Shown one piece after another: positions 1-10,760 of a stretch of DNA of 64,000 bases. The stretch comes from Candidatus Goldiibacteriota bacterium (GTDB lineage Bacteria; Oederibacteriota; PGYV01; DYJU01): the NCBI GenBank assembly GCA_938034975.1, contig CALHNI010000007.1:5036-69035 (forward strand). The letters run 5' to 3'. A program made the translations under genes and the position numbers. Within the stretch, counting starts at the first letter, position 1. Each line of letters begins with the position of its first letter. Below the pieces are notes generated by a model that was not told the origin of the DNA, did not search any database, and saw only the letters and a list, made by a program, of their open reading frames with translations.

Positions 1-360
1 TTTTATATTACTTATGTTAAAAATTCAGGTATCTCTTTTGGTATGTTGGGTAATATAGAAAGCGAATTAAAAAGATGGTTGCTTGTAGTTATTATAGGGA
101 GTGCAATAGTTTTAATAGCATATTATTGGTTTACTCATAAAAGTGAAAATTTATTTTATAATATGGGTTGTGGTATGATTTTAGGTGGTGCATTAGGAAA
201 TTTTTTTGACAGGTTATTCATAGGAAAAGTTATTGATTTCATAGATATTGGTTATAAAAATTTCAGATGGCCTGTTTTTAATATAGCAGATACATTTATA
301 TCAACAGGTATTGGTGTTTTATTGTTTTATTTATTTTTTATAAGAAAGGAGAAAATTTAA
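1..360 (+). CDS. lspA: Lipoprotein signal peptidase (signal peptidase II), 5' end cut by window edge
   Basis: Frame 1 is open from base 1 (FYITYVKNSGISFGMLG...). GNFFDR and FNIADTFIS motifs are typical of LspA. Immediately followed by lgt. Confidence 0.85.
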   Translation, partial: FYITYVKNSGISFGMLGNIESELKRWLLVVIIGSAIVLIAYYWFTHKSENLFYNMGCGMILGGALGNFFDRLFIGKVIDFIDIGYKNFRWPVFNIADTFISTGIGVLLFYLFFIRKEKI

Positions 361-362
361 AA

Positions 363-1112
363 ATGCACCCTGTTTTACTTAATTTAGGACCATTAGAAAT
401 AAGAACATATGGAGTTTTAGTTGCAATTGGTTTTTTTACTGCAATTTATTTTGCTGCATTTCTGGCTGAAAAACAAGGCATTAAAAAATATATTATATAT
501 GATTTGGGATTTGTAATAATTCTATCAAGCATAATAGGTGCGCGTTTGCTTTATGTGGTTGTTTGGCATAAATATTATTTTAAAAATTTTCCTGAAATAT
601 TTATGATCTGGAAAGGCGGGATGGTATTTTATGGAGGGTTATTGGGAGCATTAGTTGGCAGTATTTTATATGTTAAAATAAAGAAATTATCTTTTTTGAA
701 ATTGGGTGATTTATGTATGCCATTTGTTGCCCTTGCCCACTCCATAGGCAGACTAGGTTGTTTTTATAATGGATGCTGTTTCGGGAAAGTGGATGAAAAA
801 TGCGGGATTGTTTTTCCTGTGTTAGAAGATGGAAAACCACATTTGCCAACGCAAATTTATGAGTCAATTTTAAATTTTATAAATTTTGTTATTTTGATTT
901 TTTTATTCAGGTATTTTAAAAAAAAGCAGGGATTTATTTTTTATCTATACTTTATCAATTACGCCATTATAAGAATTATAATTGAATTTTTTCGTGGAGA
1001 TGAAGAACGCGGAAAAATTTTATTTTTATCAACTTCCACTTTTATTAGTATTGTATTGTTAATTGCAGGAATAACCGGGATGATATATATTTTCAAAAAG
1101 AAAAATACCTGA
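363..1112 (+). CDS. lgt: Prolipoprotein diacylglyceryl transferase
   Basis: Polytopic membrane protein with GGMVFYGGLLGA and HSIGRLGCFYNGCCFG motifs characteristic of Lgt. Confidence 0.9.
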   Translation: MHPVLLNLGPLEIRTYGVLVAIGFFTAIYFAAFLAEKQGIKKYIIYDLGFVIILSSIIGARLLYVVVWHKYYFKNFPEIFMIWKGGMVFYGGLLGALVGSILYVKIKKLSFLKLGDLCMPFVALAHSIGRLGCFYNGCCFGKVDEKCGIVFPVLEDGKPHLPTQIYESILNFINFVILIFLFRYFKKKQGFIFYLYFINYAIIRIIIEFFRGDEERGKILFLSTSTFISIVLLIAGITGMIYIFKKKNT

Positions 1113-1120
1113 TTTTTGGT

Positions 1121-2092
1121 ATGGAAAAGAAAATTTTAAAAGTTGATATTCCTGAACAAAAAAGAATAGATATTTTTATGAGAGAAAATACCAATCTTAC
1201 GCGTTCTTGTATTCACAGGTTGATAAAATACGGTAAAGTTTTTTTAAACGGAAAAAAAGTATTTGTTCGCCATACAAAAGTAAAAAACGGAGATATGATT
1301 GAATATTATGAAGAAATGCAATCAGGAATAGAAATTAAAAAAGCAGATATACCAATAAATGTTATTTATGAAGATGAAAATATTTTGGTTATAAATAAAC
1401 AACCAGGGCTTGTTGTTCATCCGGCTCCTTCGCATATTGATGATACTCTTGTAAATGCTTTAATCGGTAAATATATAAAAAAAGAGGATTTTCTTGATAA
1501 AGGAACACGCCTTGGTATTATTCACAGATTGGATAAAGATACATCAGGGGTTATGATAATTGCCAAAAACATGCTTGCCAGGGAAAAATTTATAAATATT
1601 TTTAAAAACAAAGAAATAACAAAAATATATCATTGTTTGGTTCATGGTATAATTCATGAGCAAGGTTTTGTAAATACAAATATTGGCAGGGATTTTAAAA
1701 ATAGAAAAAAATTCACCGCACGTATTTTGGGTGGTAAAGATGCACAGACGATTTATAATCCTTTGGAGATATTTGATAATGTCACACTTTTAAATGTTAG
1801 GATATTAACAGGCAGAACTCATCAGATAAGAGTTCATATGAATTTTATAGGTAATGAGGTTTTAGGTGATTTTATTTATGGAAATAAAAATAAAGATATA
1901 GAACTCGTAAAAAGTTTAGGCTTTAATAATACAAATTGGAGACAATTACTGCCGAGGCAGATGTTACATGCATATGCAATTGAATTTATACACCCTTTTA
2001 ATAATAAAAAAATGATTTTTAATGCAGAACCACCGCAGGATTTTGCTTATATTATTGATTTGCTTAAAAAACAAAGAGAAAAGTTTAAATAA
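1121..2092 (+). CDS. rluD: RluA/RluD-family 23S rRNA pseudouridine synthase
   Basis: N-terminal S4-like region and catalytic HRLDKDTSGVM motif. TGRTHQIRVH motif near the C-terminus. Confidence 0.9.
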   Translation: MEKKILKVDIPEQKRIDIFMRENTNLTRSCIHRLIKYGKVFLNGKKVFVRHTKVKNGDMIEYYEEMQSGIEIKKADIPINVIYEDENILVINKQPGLVVHPAPSHIDDTLVNALIGKYIKKEDFLDKGTRLGIIHRLDKDTSGVMIIAKNMLAREKFINIFKNKEITKIYHCLVHGIIHEQGFVNTNIGRDFKNRKKFTARILGGKDAQTIYNPLEIFDNVTLLNVRILTGRTHQIRVHMNFIGNEVLGDFIYGNKNKDIELVKSLGFNNTNWRQLLPRQMLHAYAIEFIHPFNNKKMIFNAEPPQDFAYIIDLLKKQREKFK

Positions 2093-2194
2093 ACACAGAA
2101 ATTTCATTTGTTTGATAAATTAAAAATTTTGATGCCAAAATTTATACACTGGCTTTTTAAGATGAATAATATAGCAAAATAAAATTAAAAACTG

Positions 2195-2222
2195 TTGAAT
2201 TTTATTGGTTTTAATATATAAT
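2195..2222 (+). promoter_or_regulatory. Sigma70-like promoter of pfp
   Basis: TTGAAT - 16 nt - TATAAT, about 35 nt upstream of the GGAGG RBS of pfp. Confidence 0.5.
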
Positions 2223-2256
2223 ATGCAAAAAAAACTATATTATGGAGGTTTATTTT

Positions 2257-3924
2257 ATGGTAGAACTCTCAGAACTTCAGCAGGAAAGATTAAAACATAA
2301 ACCGCAATTACCTGCAATTTTGAAAAATAAATTTTCTTTAATTAAACCTAAAACAGGTAAAAAAACAGGCAGCAAAAGTGATGAAAAAAAATTACAGGAG
2401 ATTTTTAAAAATACTTTTGGAAAACCAATCATAACTTTTATAAAAGGAAAGAATAACAATATAAACAAAAATCCGATAAATGTTGGGGTTGTTTTATCAG
2501 GTGGCCAGGCAGCAGGTGGACACAATGTAATATGCGGAATTTTTGACGCTTTAAAAAAGGCAAATAAAAAAAGTAAGTTAATCGGTTTTTTAGGCGGACC
2601 ATCAGGTATAATTGAAAATAAATTAAAAGAATTAACCAAAGATATTATTGATAAATACAGAAATACAGGTGGTTTTGATATGATTGGTTCAGGTAGAACA
2701 AAAATTGAAACAGAAGAACAATTTGAAAAAACAAAAATAAATGTTATTAAAAACAAAATAGATGCGCTGGTTATAATCGGGGGCGATGATTCAAATACAA
2801 ATGCAGCTCTTTTGGCAGAATATTTTGCAAAAGAAAAAATGAACACACAGGTCATTGGTATACCTAAAACAATAGATGGGGATTTAAAAAATGAAGAAAT
2901 AGAAACTTCATTTGGTTTTGATACTGCTGTAAAAATTTATTCTGAACTTACAGGAAATATATGCAGGGACGTTTTGTCTGCAAAAAAATACTGGCATTTT
3001 ATACGACTCATGGGAAGAAGCGCATCCCATATCACATTGGAAGTTGCTTTACAAACCAATCCTAATATTGCTTTAATCGGAGAAGAAGTGTTACAGAATA
3101 ACTGGACATTATCAAAAATTGTTGATTATATTTGTGATGCAATAATAAAAAGAGCAGAACTTGGAAAAAATTATGGAGTTATTTTAGTTCCAGAAGGATT
3201 AATTGAATTTATTCCAGAGTTTAAAGAACTTATTAAAAATTTAAATGAAATAATGGCAAAAAACGAAGATGAACTTAATAAAATTGAAAATACAAAAGAT
3301 AAAAAAGAATTTATTTATTCAAAGTTAAATGAATCACTTGTTAATTTAATGAAATCATTGCCTGATGAAATTTCAAGCCAGTTAATTTTAGACAGGGATC
3401 CGCATGGTAATGTTGTAGTGTCTCAAATAGAAACTGAAAAATTATTAATAGAAATGGTTCAAAAAAAATTAAAAGAAATGAAAAAACAGGGTATATATAA
3501 AGGTAAATTTGCTGCAATTTCACATTTTTTCGGGTATGAAGGCAGATGTGGTTTTCCAAGTAATTTTGATGCCAATTATACTTATGCGCTGGGATATAAT
3601 GCGGTTTTGCTTATATTAAACGGGTTTACATCATACATGTCAGCAATAAAAAATTTAACAGAACAGCCAAAAAAGTGGAATGCAGGTGGTATCCCGCTAA
3701 CTATGATGATGAATATTGAGAGAAGAAAAGGAGAAGATAAACCGGTTATAAAAAAAGCACTGGTTGACCTTAATGCTAAGCCATTTAAGGTGTTTTCTGC
3801 GCTTAGGGATGAATTAAAAATAGAAGATAAATATATATCACCTGGACCTATTCAGTATTTTGGTCCTGCAAAAATAGTTGATAGAATAACAAAAACTTTA
3901 AAATATGAGAGAAGCAAGAGATGA
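2257..3924 (+). CDS. pfp: Pyrophosphate-dependent 6-phosphofructokinase (long PFP type)
   Basis: GVVLSGGQAAGGHNV, IIGGDDSNTNAA and IPKTIDGDL motifs of the PFK family; length about 555 aa fits long PPi-PFKs. The ATG at 2257 has GGAGG 8 nt upstream; the track ORF starts at 2242. Confidence 0.85.
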   Translation: MVELSELQQERLKHKPQLPAILKNKFSLIKPKTGKKTGSKSDEKKLQEIFKNTFGKPIITFIKGKNNNINKNPINVGVVLSGGQAAGGHNVICGIFDALKKANKKSKLIGFLGGPSGIIENKLKELTKDIIDKYRNTGGFDMIGSGRTKIETEEQFEKTKINVIKNKIDALVIIGGDDSNTNAALLAEYFAKEKMNTQVIGIPKTIDGDLKNEEIETSFGFDTAVKIYSELTGNICRDVLSAKKYWHFIRLMGRSASHITLEVALQTNPNIALIGEEVLQNNWTLSKIVDYICDAIIKRAELGKNYGVILVPEGLIEFIPEFKELIKNLNEIMAKNEDELNKIENTKDKKEFIYSKLNESLVNLMKSLPDEISSQLILDRDPHGNVVVSQIETEKLLIEMVQKKLKEMKKQGIYKGKFAAISHFFGYEGRCGFPSNFDANYTYALGYNAVLLILNGFTSYMSAIKNLTEQPKKWNAGGIPLTMMMNIERRKGEDKPVIKKALVDLNAKPFKVFSALRDELKIEDKYISPGPIQYFGPAKIVDRITKTLKYERSKR

Positions 3925-3953
3925 TAATAATTTATTAAAGGGGGAATAATAAA

Positions 3954-4220
3954 ATGAAAATTGAAATAAGAAAACCTGATAATAAAGAACTGGAAAAATT
4001 AAATGTGAAATCCTGGCCAATCTGGGAAAAGGAACCTTCTAAATTTGACTGGTATTATGATGAAAAGGAAACATGCTATATAATTGAAGGCAAAGTAAAA
4101 GTTTCAACAGAAAAAGAAACAGTAGAATTTGGTGCAGGTGATTTAGTTATTTTTCCTGCTGGTTTATCCTGTGTGTGGGAAATTTCTCAAAAAATTCGTA
4201 AGTATTATAAATTTGGTTGA
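3954..4220 (+). CDS. Small cupin (DUF861/cupin_3-like) protein
   Basis: 88 aa. WPIWEKEPSKFDW...ETCYIIEGKVKV...GDLVIFPAG pattern typical of cupin_3 single-domain proteins. GGGG RBS upstream. Confidence 0.7.
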   Translation: MKIEIRKPDNKELEKLNVKSWPIWEKEPSKFDWYYDEKETCYIIEGKVKVSTEKETVEFGAGDLVIFPAGLSCVWEISQKIRKYYKFG

Positions 4221-4245
4221 TTTTTTATAATGAAAGGAGAAATAA

Positions 4246-5115
4246 ATGAAAAATGGATTTGGTGATTTATTAAAAGAAGCAAGAGAAAAAAAAGGTTTTA
4301 AATATTCCGATATACATAAAATTTTAAAAATAGACGAAAAATATATAAAAGCATTAGAAGAAGAAGATTTCAATGCATTTGAAAGGCCTGTTTATATGAA
4401 ATTATTTTTAAATACATATGCGAGATTTTTAAAACTGGATTTAGAAAAAATAAATGAATTGTTTTCAGCATCTCCACAGATACAGGAAATTTTAAAAGAT
4501 GAAAAATTAAATTCAAAGATTGAAGCAAAAAAAGAAATTATGAAAGAAACAGAAGCAAAAGAATTAAAACAACCGTTACCTTTTATTATTAATTTAAATA
4601 ATAAAACAACTTATTTTGTAATAGCCGGGGTAGTTGTTTTTTTAATAGCAGCATTTGTTTTATTATTAAAAATGTTAAATGAACAAAAGAATAAGGCAAA
4701 GATTGAAGAAGGAAAAAACATTTATGTTGTCCAGACTCCTCAAACTTTAAAAATAACAGCAAAAGCAAAATCAGATGTGTGGATGAAAGCAAGATATGAT
4801 GGAAAAGAAGAAGATTTTTTATTGAAAAACGGTCAGGAAAAAAAGTTTTCAGACATTACAAAAATTGTATTTTTGGTTGGAAATGCAGGTGGTGTTGAAT
4901 TTGTCGTGAACGGGGAAAGTATGGGAACAATAGGAGAAGAAGGAGAAGTTATAAATGGACTTGTATTTGAAGTTGGGAAAAACTGGTACATAGACAGGAA
5001 TCAGGGATTTAAAAGAGAAAGCAAACCTTTGATTCAGGAAAAGATACCAACCCCTTCTTCTGAAATAAAAGAAAATCCTGTAATGGATAAAACAACAAAC
5101 GCCGATACAGAATAA
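4246..5115 (+). CDS. rodZ: RodZ-like cytoskeleton protein (HTH + TM + DUF4115)
   Basis: N-terminal XRE-type HTH (LGDLLKEAREKKGFKYSDIHKILKI), a central TM helix, and a C-terminal VFLVGNAGGVEFVVNGESMG segment as in DUF4115. Confidence 0.75.
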   Translation: MKNGFGDLLKEAREKKGFKYSDIHKILKIDEKYIKALEEEDFNAFERPVYMKLFLNTYARFLKLDLEKINELFSASPQIQEILKDEKLNSKIEAKKEIMKETEAKELKQPLPFIINLNNKTTYFVIAGVVVFLIAAFVLLLKMLNEQKNKAKIEEGKNIYVVQTPQTLKITAKAKSDVWMKARYDGKEEDFLLKNGQEKKFSDITKIVFLVGNAGGVEFVVNGESMGTIGEEGEVINGLVFEVGKNWYIDRNQGFKRESKPLIQEKIPTPSSEIKENPVMDKTTNADTE

Positions 5116-5137
5116 TTAATTTATAAGGATTTATTTT

Positions 5138-6418
5138 TTGCAAAAAAATAATTTAAACATCGGTGTTATTAATCTTGGCTGTCCTAAAAATACTGTTGAT
5201 ATGGAATGTATGCTTTCTTCATTAAAAAATTTTACAATAACAAAAGAACCCAATAAGGCAGATGTTATTATAATAAATACATGTGGTTTTTTGAAAAAAG
5301 CACGTTTAGAATCAGAAAAAGCAATAAAGGACATGTTGAAGTATAAAAAGGAAAATAAAAAATTAAAAATTATTATTGCGGGATGTTATGTTGAAAAAGA
5401 AAAAGAAAAACTCATAAAAAAATATAAAAATTACATTCATTCTTTTATAGGGGTTAATGACTTAAATAAAATTTTAAGGTCAATAAAATATGGCGGGGAA
5501 TATTTAGATTCAAAGCCGTATATCTATAATTCAAATGAACGAAAAATTCTTTTAAATGAAATATCAACTTATGTGAAAATTGCAGATGGTTGTAACAGAA
5601 AATGTTCATTTTGCGTAATTCCACAGATTAAAGGTTCTTATAGAAGCAGAACTATTGATGATATAATTAAAGAGATAAAAAATTTAATTGCAGCAGGCGT
5701 AAAAGAGATAAATTTAATAAGTCAGGATAGTTCTTATTATGGAGTTGATATTTACGGGAAGAAAAAATTGATAGATTTAATAAAAAAAATATTAAAGGAA
5801 ATAAAAGAATATTTTTGGTTAAGAATTATGTATCTTTATCCTGATTTTTCTATAGTAAAAGATTTAGTTAAAATAATGAAAATTGATAAAAGGTTGTGCA
5901 GATATTTTGATATGCCTTTTCAACATATAAATAATAAAATTTTACATAATATGAAAAGAGGTCATAATAAAGAATATTTGTTAAAAATAATTAAATACAT
6001 AAAAAAAGAAATAAAAGATGCAGTAATAAGGAGTAGTTTTATTGTCGGATTTCCGGGAGAAGGGGAAAAAGAATATAATGAATTACTTTGTTTTATTAAA
6101 CAGGGATTGATTGATAAACCGGGATTTTTTTTGTATTCTGATGAACCAGGTACAGATGCATTTAATTTGGAAAACAAAAATGATTTAAAGGAAATAAAAA
6201 AGCGATATAAAAAATTAACGGTTGTCGCAAAGAATATTTGTTATTATAATAATAAGAAATTAAAAAATAAAATAGTGAATTGTTTAATTGTAGGAAACAA
6301 AAATAAAAATTTTTTTCTGGGTAGAACCCAGTATAATGCTCCGGATATAGATGATTATATTGTATTAAATAATAATAATATTGCAAAAGGAAATTTTTAT
6401 AAAATAAAAATAAAATAA
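5138..6418 (+). CDS. rimO: Ribosomal protein S12 methylthiotransferase RimO (radical SAM MTTase)
   Basis: NLGCPKNTVDME N-terminal motif, CNRKCSFC radical SAM motif and a C-terminal TRAM-like region. TTG start. Confidence 0.85.
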   Translation: MQKNNLNIGVINLGCPKNTVDMECMLSSLKNFTITKEPNKADVIIINTCGFLKKARLESEKAIKDMLKYKKENKKLKIIIAGCYVEKEKEKLIKKYKNYIHSFIGVNDLNKILRSIKYGGEYLDSKPYIYNSNERKILLNEISTYVKIADGCNRKCSFCVIPQIKGSYRSRTIDDIIKEIKNLIAAGVKEINLISQDSSYYGVDIYGKKKLIDLIKKILKEIKEYFWLRIMYLYPDFSIVKDLVKIMKIDKRLCRYFDMPFQHINNKILHNMKRGHNKEYLLKIIKYIKKEIKDAVIRSSFIVGFPGEGEKEYNELLCFIKQGLIDKPGFFLYSDEPGTDAFNLENKNDLKEIKKRYKKLTVVAKNICYYNNKKLKNKIVNCLIVGNKNKNFFLGRTQYNAPDIDDYIVLNNNNIAKGNFYKIKIK

Positions 6419-6439
6419 AATTTAAAGAAAGGAACAGGT

Positions 6440-7063
6440 TTGAAATTTGAAAATTTGAAAAAAATTCCTAATAGACTGACAATGTTCAGAATTCTTGTGA
6501 TTATTATTTTTATACCAACGGTTTTAATGGATAAAATGATTTCAAGTTATATTGCACTTTTCCTTTTTATAATAGCAGCAATCAGCGATTATCTTGACGG
6601 ATATTTGGCAAGAAAATATAATATAATAAGTAATTTTGGTAAAGTGATGGATCCGCTTGCTGATAAAATTATGGTGATTTCTGCTCTTTTATGTTTTGTG
6701 CAATTGAACGTTGTTCCTGCCTGGATGGTAATTATAATAATTGCAAGAGAGTTTTTAATATCTGGTATCAGGATTATGGCTGCCAAAGATGGCGATATAA
6801 TTGTTGCATCTAAATGGGGAAAAGCAAAAACAATAACCGAAATAATAGCCATTATTGCAATTCTTGTATTACTTGCAATTGTAAATACGCTTGAATATTT
6901 GAGTATTTCAACAGAGAAAATTTCAATACTTGATTTCCAGATAAGAATTGTTTTATTAAAATTAATACCTTACTGGTTGATGTTTATTGTTGCTGTAACT
7001 GCCTTAATTTCAGGACTTGAATATTATTTTAAAAACAGTAAATTATTTGAAAATGAAATTTAA
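6440..7063 (+). CDS. pgsA: CDP-diacylglycerol--glycerol-3-phosphate 3-phosphatidyltransferase
   Basis: CDP-alcohol phosphatidyltransferase motif DYLDGYLARK...GKVMDPLADK. TTG start. Confidence 0.9.
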   Translation: MKFENLKKIPNRLTMFRILVIIIFIPTVLMDKMISSYIALFLFIIAAISDYLDGYLARKYNIISNFGKVMDPLADKIMVISALLCFVQLNVVPAWMVIIIIAREFLISGIRIMAAKDGDIIVASKWGKAKTITEIIAIIAILVLLAIVNTLEYLSISTEKISILDFQIRIVLLKLIPYWLMFIVAVTALISGLEYYFKNSKLFENEI

Positions 7064-7064
7064 A

Positions 7065-7520
7065 ATGAGAAATTTAATAATTGTTATTTCAACTTTTTTT
7101 TACTCCGGATATTTTCCTTTTGCTCCCGGGACTTTTGCAACTTTATGCTTTATACCTTTTTATTACTTTTTTTTCAGTAAATTAAATCCTGTCTTATATT
7201 TAATATTTACTATAATTTTATATTTTATTGGGGTATGGAGTTCAGGGTATGCTTCTGTGATTTTTAACAAAAAAGACCCAGGAAAGGTTGTAATTGATGA
7301 AGTGGTAGGGTTTTTGATAACTATGCTGTTCATACAATTTACAACAGAAAGACTTATAGCAGGTTTTTTTATAGCAAGAATTCTTGATATTATAAAACCA
7401 TATCCAGCAAGACAACTGGAAATCCTAAAGGCAGGGAATGGAATTATGGTAGATGATGCTGTTTCAGGGATTTATGGGAATATTTTATTGTGGATACTTA
7501 TTTTTTTTAAAGTACTTTAA
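7065..7520 (+). CDS. pgpA: Phosphatidylglycerophosphatase A
   Basis: APGTFATL, VIDEVVG and DIIKPYPARQLE motifs of PgpA. The ATG at 7065 lies 1 nt after the pgsA stop. In-frame alternatives are at 7053 and 7017. Confidence 0.85.
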   Translation: MRNLIIVISTFFYSGYFPFAPGTFATLCFIPFYYFFFSKLNPVLYLIFTIILYFIGVWSSGYASVIFNKKDPGKVVIDEVVGFLITMLFIQFTTERLIAGFFIARILDIIKPYPARQLEILKAGNGIMVDDAVSGIYGNILLWILIFFKVL

Positions 7521-7532
7521 AAAAAAATTTTT

Positions 7533-10500
7533 ATGCTGAATTATTTTAAAGATTATAATGTCTTAAATTTTATAATAAAATCTGTAAAATCAGAAAATAA
7601 AAATATATTTGTTAATATACCCGAAACCAGTTTTAATTCAATATTTTATCTGTATTTGGCAAACTTAATTAATAAAGATATTTTTATTATTACGCATTCT
7701 AATAAACTATTTAATATCTGTTCGGAAATAATGGAGTTTTCCAAATTTTTTAAAACAGAACATAAAATAATATTATATCCCGAAGATGACTCGTTTTTAT
7801 ATAAAGATATAAAGCCATCAAAAGAAATAAGCAGAATGAGAATAAAGGCAATAAAAGAATTATTTACAACAGAAAAAAGAATTTTTATAACAAACATAAA
7901 TGCGTTGATAGAAAAAATATCATCAGCAGATAAAATAATAAAAAATTTTTTAAAAATTAAAAAAGATATGAAAATTAAACCTGATTTGATATTGAAAATT
8001 CTTGAAGATAACAATTACGAAAGGGTAACCAAGGTTGAGGATATATTTGAATATTCTGTGCGTGGCAATATCATGGATATATTTACACCTGATAATTTTT
8101 ATCCTGTCAGGATAGAATTTTCTGATGACAAAATAGAATCAATAAGATTTTTTTCAGTTGAGACATATCAGACAGAAAAATGTGTAGATGAAATAGAAAT
8201 TTTTTTGTTTAAATTTAAAAAAGATGACTTTGCTCAAAATTCAATTCTTGACTTTTTTAATCCCAAAAAAACATTATTGGTAATGGATGAAAGCAATTTA
8301 ATAAAGGCAGAAATTTTTGAAAAAATTAATAAAATAATAAAATATTTGTCTGATATGAAATTTGAAAATAAAATTTTTTCATTAAAAAATATTTTTAAAA
8401 AAGTTTCTGTATTCCAGAAAATAAAAACCGGATTTTTCACCGGGCGGGGAATAAAAATTAATATAAGGGTAAATCCTGTTTTTAAAAGAAATACCGCTGT
8501 TTTGTTTGAATATTTAAAAAATTTTATTAATAACTCTTATAAAGTAATTATTGCTTCGGATAATGAAGGAGAGACCAATCATATAAAAGAACTTTTGAAA
8601 AAACAGGGAATAAACGGGGTTGAATTTTATAATGCTGAAATTGATGCCGGTTTTTCCATACCAGATATGAAATTTTGTTTAATTTCAAACAGGGAAATTT
8701 TTGAAAGATATAAGGGAAAATTGTCCAAAAGAATAAAAGATAAAAATTTAAAACCTGTTAAAAGCATTTTAGAATTAAAAGAAAAAGATTATGTGGTGCA
8801 CAGAGAATATGGAATAGGTATTTTCAATGGTATAAAAACAATTAAGGTTGATGATAACCTTGCGGATTTTATTTTAATACAATATGACAAACAGGATAAA
8901 TTATATTTACCTGTATATAAAATTGATTTAATTGATAAATATATCGGTTCTGACAAGATACCTGGCCTTTCCAGGCTTGGCTCACCTGTCTTTAAAAAAA
9001 CAAAGGAGCAAATTAGAAGGGAACTTAAAGAAATTGCAGAAGAATTATTGAAAGTTTATGCAAAAAGAAAAATTGAAAAAGGCATCAGGTATCCACCAAT
9101 GGATGAATTTGAAAAAGAATTTGCAGATGCCTTTTTGTATGAAGAAACAAAAGATCAGGAAAAAGCAATTAAGGATGTTTTAGCTGATATGGAAAGAGAA
9201 ACGCCTATGGATAGATTGATATGCGGGGATGCTGGTTTTGGTAAAACAGAGGTTGCAATGAGGGCTGCTTTTAAAGCTGTAAACTTTCATAAAAAAGTTT
9301 TGGTTTTAACATCTACAACCTTACTTGCGTTACAGCATTTCAGAACATTCAGTGAAAGATTTGCAGATTATCCTGTAAAAATTGAAATGTTATCAAGGTT
9401 GGTTTCAAAAAAAAAGAAAAAAGAAATATTTAACAGAATTCAAGCCGGGACCATAGATATTCTTATAGGGACACATACAATTTTAAATCCAAAAATAGAA
9501 ATTAAAAATGTTGGGCTTGTAATTATAGATGAGGAACAACATTTTGGAGTAAAAGCCAAAGAACATTTAAGAAAAAAATACAGCACGGCAGATTTTTTAA
9601 CATTAACAGCAACGCCGATACCAAGAACTCTTTATCTTTCATTGTCCGGGATAAGAGATATAAGTGTTATAAATACTCCACCGCAAAATAAAAAACCAAT
9701 TGAAACATTTATTGTGGAAGAAAAATTAAAATTGGTAAAAGAAATTATATTAAGAGAAATTTTAAGAAAAGGACAGGTTTTTTATGTGCATAATGATATA
9801 AAAACAATTTATAAACTAAAAGAGATTTTAAGTGAAAATCTAAAAGAAGTTAAATTTAATGTGGCACATGGAAAAATGAAGAAAACAGAATTAGAAAATA
9901 TCATGCTGGACTTTTTAGATAAAAAATTTGATGTTCTTATCACAACGACCATAATAGAATCCGGACTTGATTTGCCGGATGTAAATACAATAATAATCAG
10001 TAATGCGGAAAAATTTGGTTTATCCCAGTTATACCAATTACGTGGAAGAGTCGGAAGAAGGGATAAACAGGCATATGCTTATTTGTTAATAAAAGACAAA
10101 GTGATACTGTCAGATATAGCAAAAGAAAGGTTAAGAGCAATAGAAAGCTATATAGATCCAGGGGCAGGATTTAATATAGCGATGAAAGATTTGAAATTGC
10201 GCGGAGCAGGAACATTACTCGGAACAAAACAGCATGGTAATATGGAAAAACTTGGTTTTGAATTATATTGCAGGATGCTTGAAGAAGAGATAAGTAAATT
10301 AACCCAAAAAGAAGTTGAAAAAGAAGTTGATACAAAAATAACAGTGGATTATAAAGCATATATCCCTGAATCTTATATCTGGGATTCTTCGGAAAAAACC
10401 AGGATATACAGGCAACTTTTTATTTCAAAAAATGTAGATGACGTGCTATCAGTGGAAAAAGCATTAAGGGATATATGGGGTGAAATGCCCAAGGAAGTAA

Positions 10501-10760
10501 AAAATATACTTTTGGTTGCTAAGTTAAAAATACTCGGAAGAAAATTGAGTGCAGAAGAAATAAATCATAAAGATAAAAAAATAGAATTTATATGGAATGA
10601 AAAAAAAGAATTTGCTTTAAAATCAAAAATTTTTTTTGAAAAGCATAAAGATATATTTATACTTGCAAAAAACAGATTAATTATAAAATATGAAAGTGTA
10701 AAAAATATTGATAATTTGTTTAAAGAGATTGAAAAAGAATTAACTTTTTTTGGGGGTTAG
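7533..10760 (+). CDS. mfd: Transcription-repair coupling factor
   Basis: 1075 aa. CarD/RNAP-interacting region (DYVVHREYGIGIF), SF2 helicase motifs (GDAGFGKTEVAMRAA, DEEQHFG) and TRG region (LRGRVGRR). Confidence 0.95.
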   Translation: MLNYFKDYNVLNFIIKSVKSENKNIFVNIPETSFNSIFYLYLANLINKDIFIITHSNKLFNICSEIMEFSKFFKTEHKIILYPEDDSFLYKDIKPSKEISRMRIKAIKELFTTEKRIFITNINALIEKISSADKIIKNFLKIKKDMKIKPDLILKILEDNNYERVTKVEDIFEYSVRGNIMDIFTPDNFYPVRIEFSDDKIESIRFFSVETYQTEKCVDEIEIFLFKFKKDDFAQNSILDFFNPKKTLLVMDESNLIKAEIFEKINKIIKYLSDMKFENKIFSLKNIFKKVSVFQKIKTGFFTGRGIKINIRVNPVFKRNTAVLFEYLKNFINNSYKVIIASDNEGETNHIKELLKKQGINGVEFYNAEIDAGFSIPDMKFCLISNREIFERYKGKLSKRIKDKNLKPVKSILELKEKDYVVHREYGIGIFNGIKTIKVDDNLADFILIQYDKQDKLYLPVYKIDLIDKYIGSDKIPGLSRLGSPVFKKTKEQIRRELKEIAEELLKVYAKRKIEKGIRYPPMDEFEKEFADAFLYEETKDQEKAIKDVLADMERETPMDRLICGDAGFGKTEVAMRAAFKAVNFHKKVLVLTSTTLLALQHFRTFSERFADYPVKIEMLSRLVSKKKKKEIFNRIQAGTIDILIGTHTILNPKIEIKNVGLVIIDEEQHFGVKAKEHLRKKYSTADFLTLTATPIPRTLYLSLSGIRDISVINTPPQNKKPIETFIVEEKLKLVKEIILREILRKGQVFYVHNDIKTIYKLKEILSENLKEVKFNVAHGKMKKTELENIMLDFLDKKFDVLITTTIIESGLDLPDVNTIIISNAEKFGLSQLYQLRGRVGRRDKQAYAYLLIKDKVILSDIAKERLRAIESYIDPGAGFNIAMKDLKLRGAGTLLGTKQHGNMEKLGFELYCRMLEEEISKLTQKEVEKEVDTKITVDYKAYIPESYIWDSSEKTRIYRQLFISKNVDDVLSVEKALRDIWGEMPKEVKNILLVAKLKILGRKLSAEEINHKDKKIEFIWNEKKEFALKSKIFFEKHKDIFILAKNRLIIKYESVKNIDNLFKEIEKELTFFGG

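Noticed and set aside
2277-2855. Long antisense ORFs inside well-supported genes: 2277-2855, 7646-8014, 21227-21679, 32532-32972, 34864-35538, 40617-41045, 63209-63619 and 14235-14567
   Set aside because: Their products are low-complexity (F/S/I/L-rich) with no SD, and they lie opposite genes with clear family motifs. These are typical shadow ORFs opposite K/E-rich genes in AT-rich DNA.
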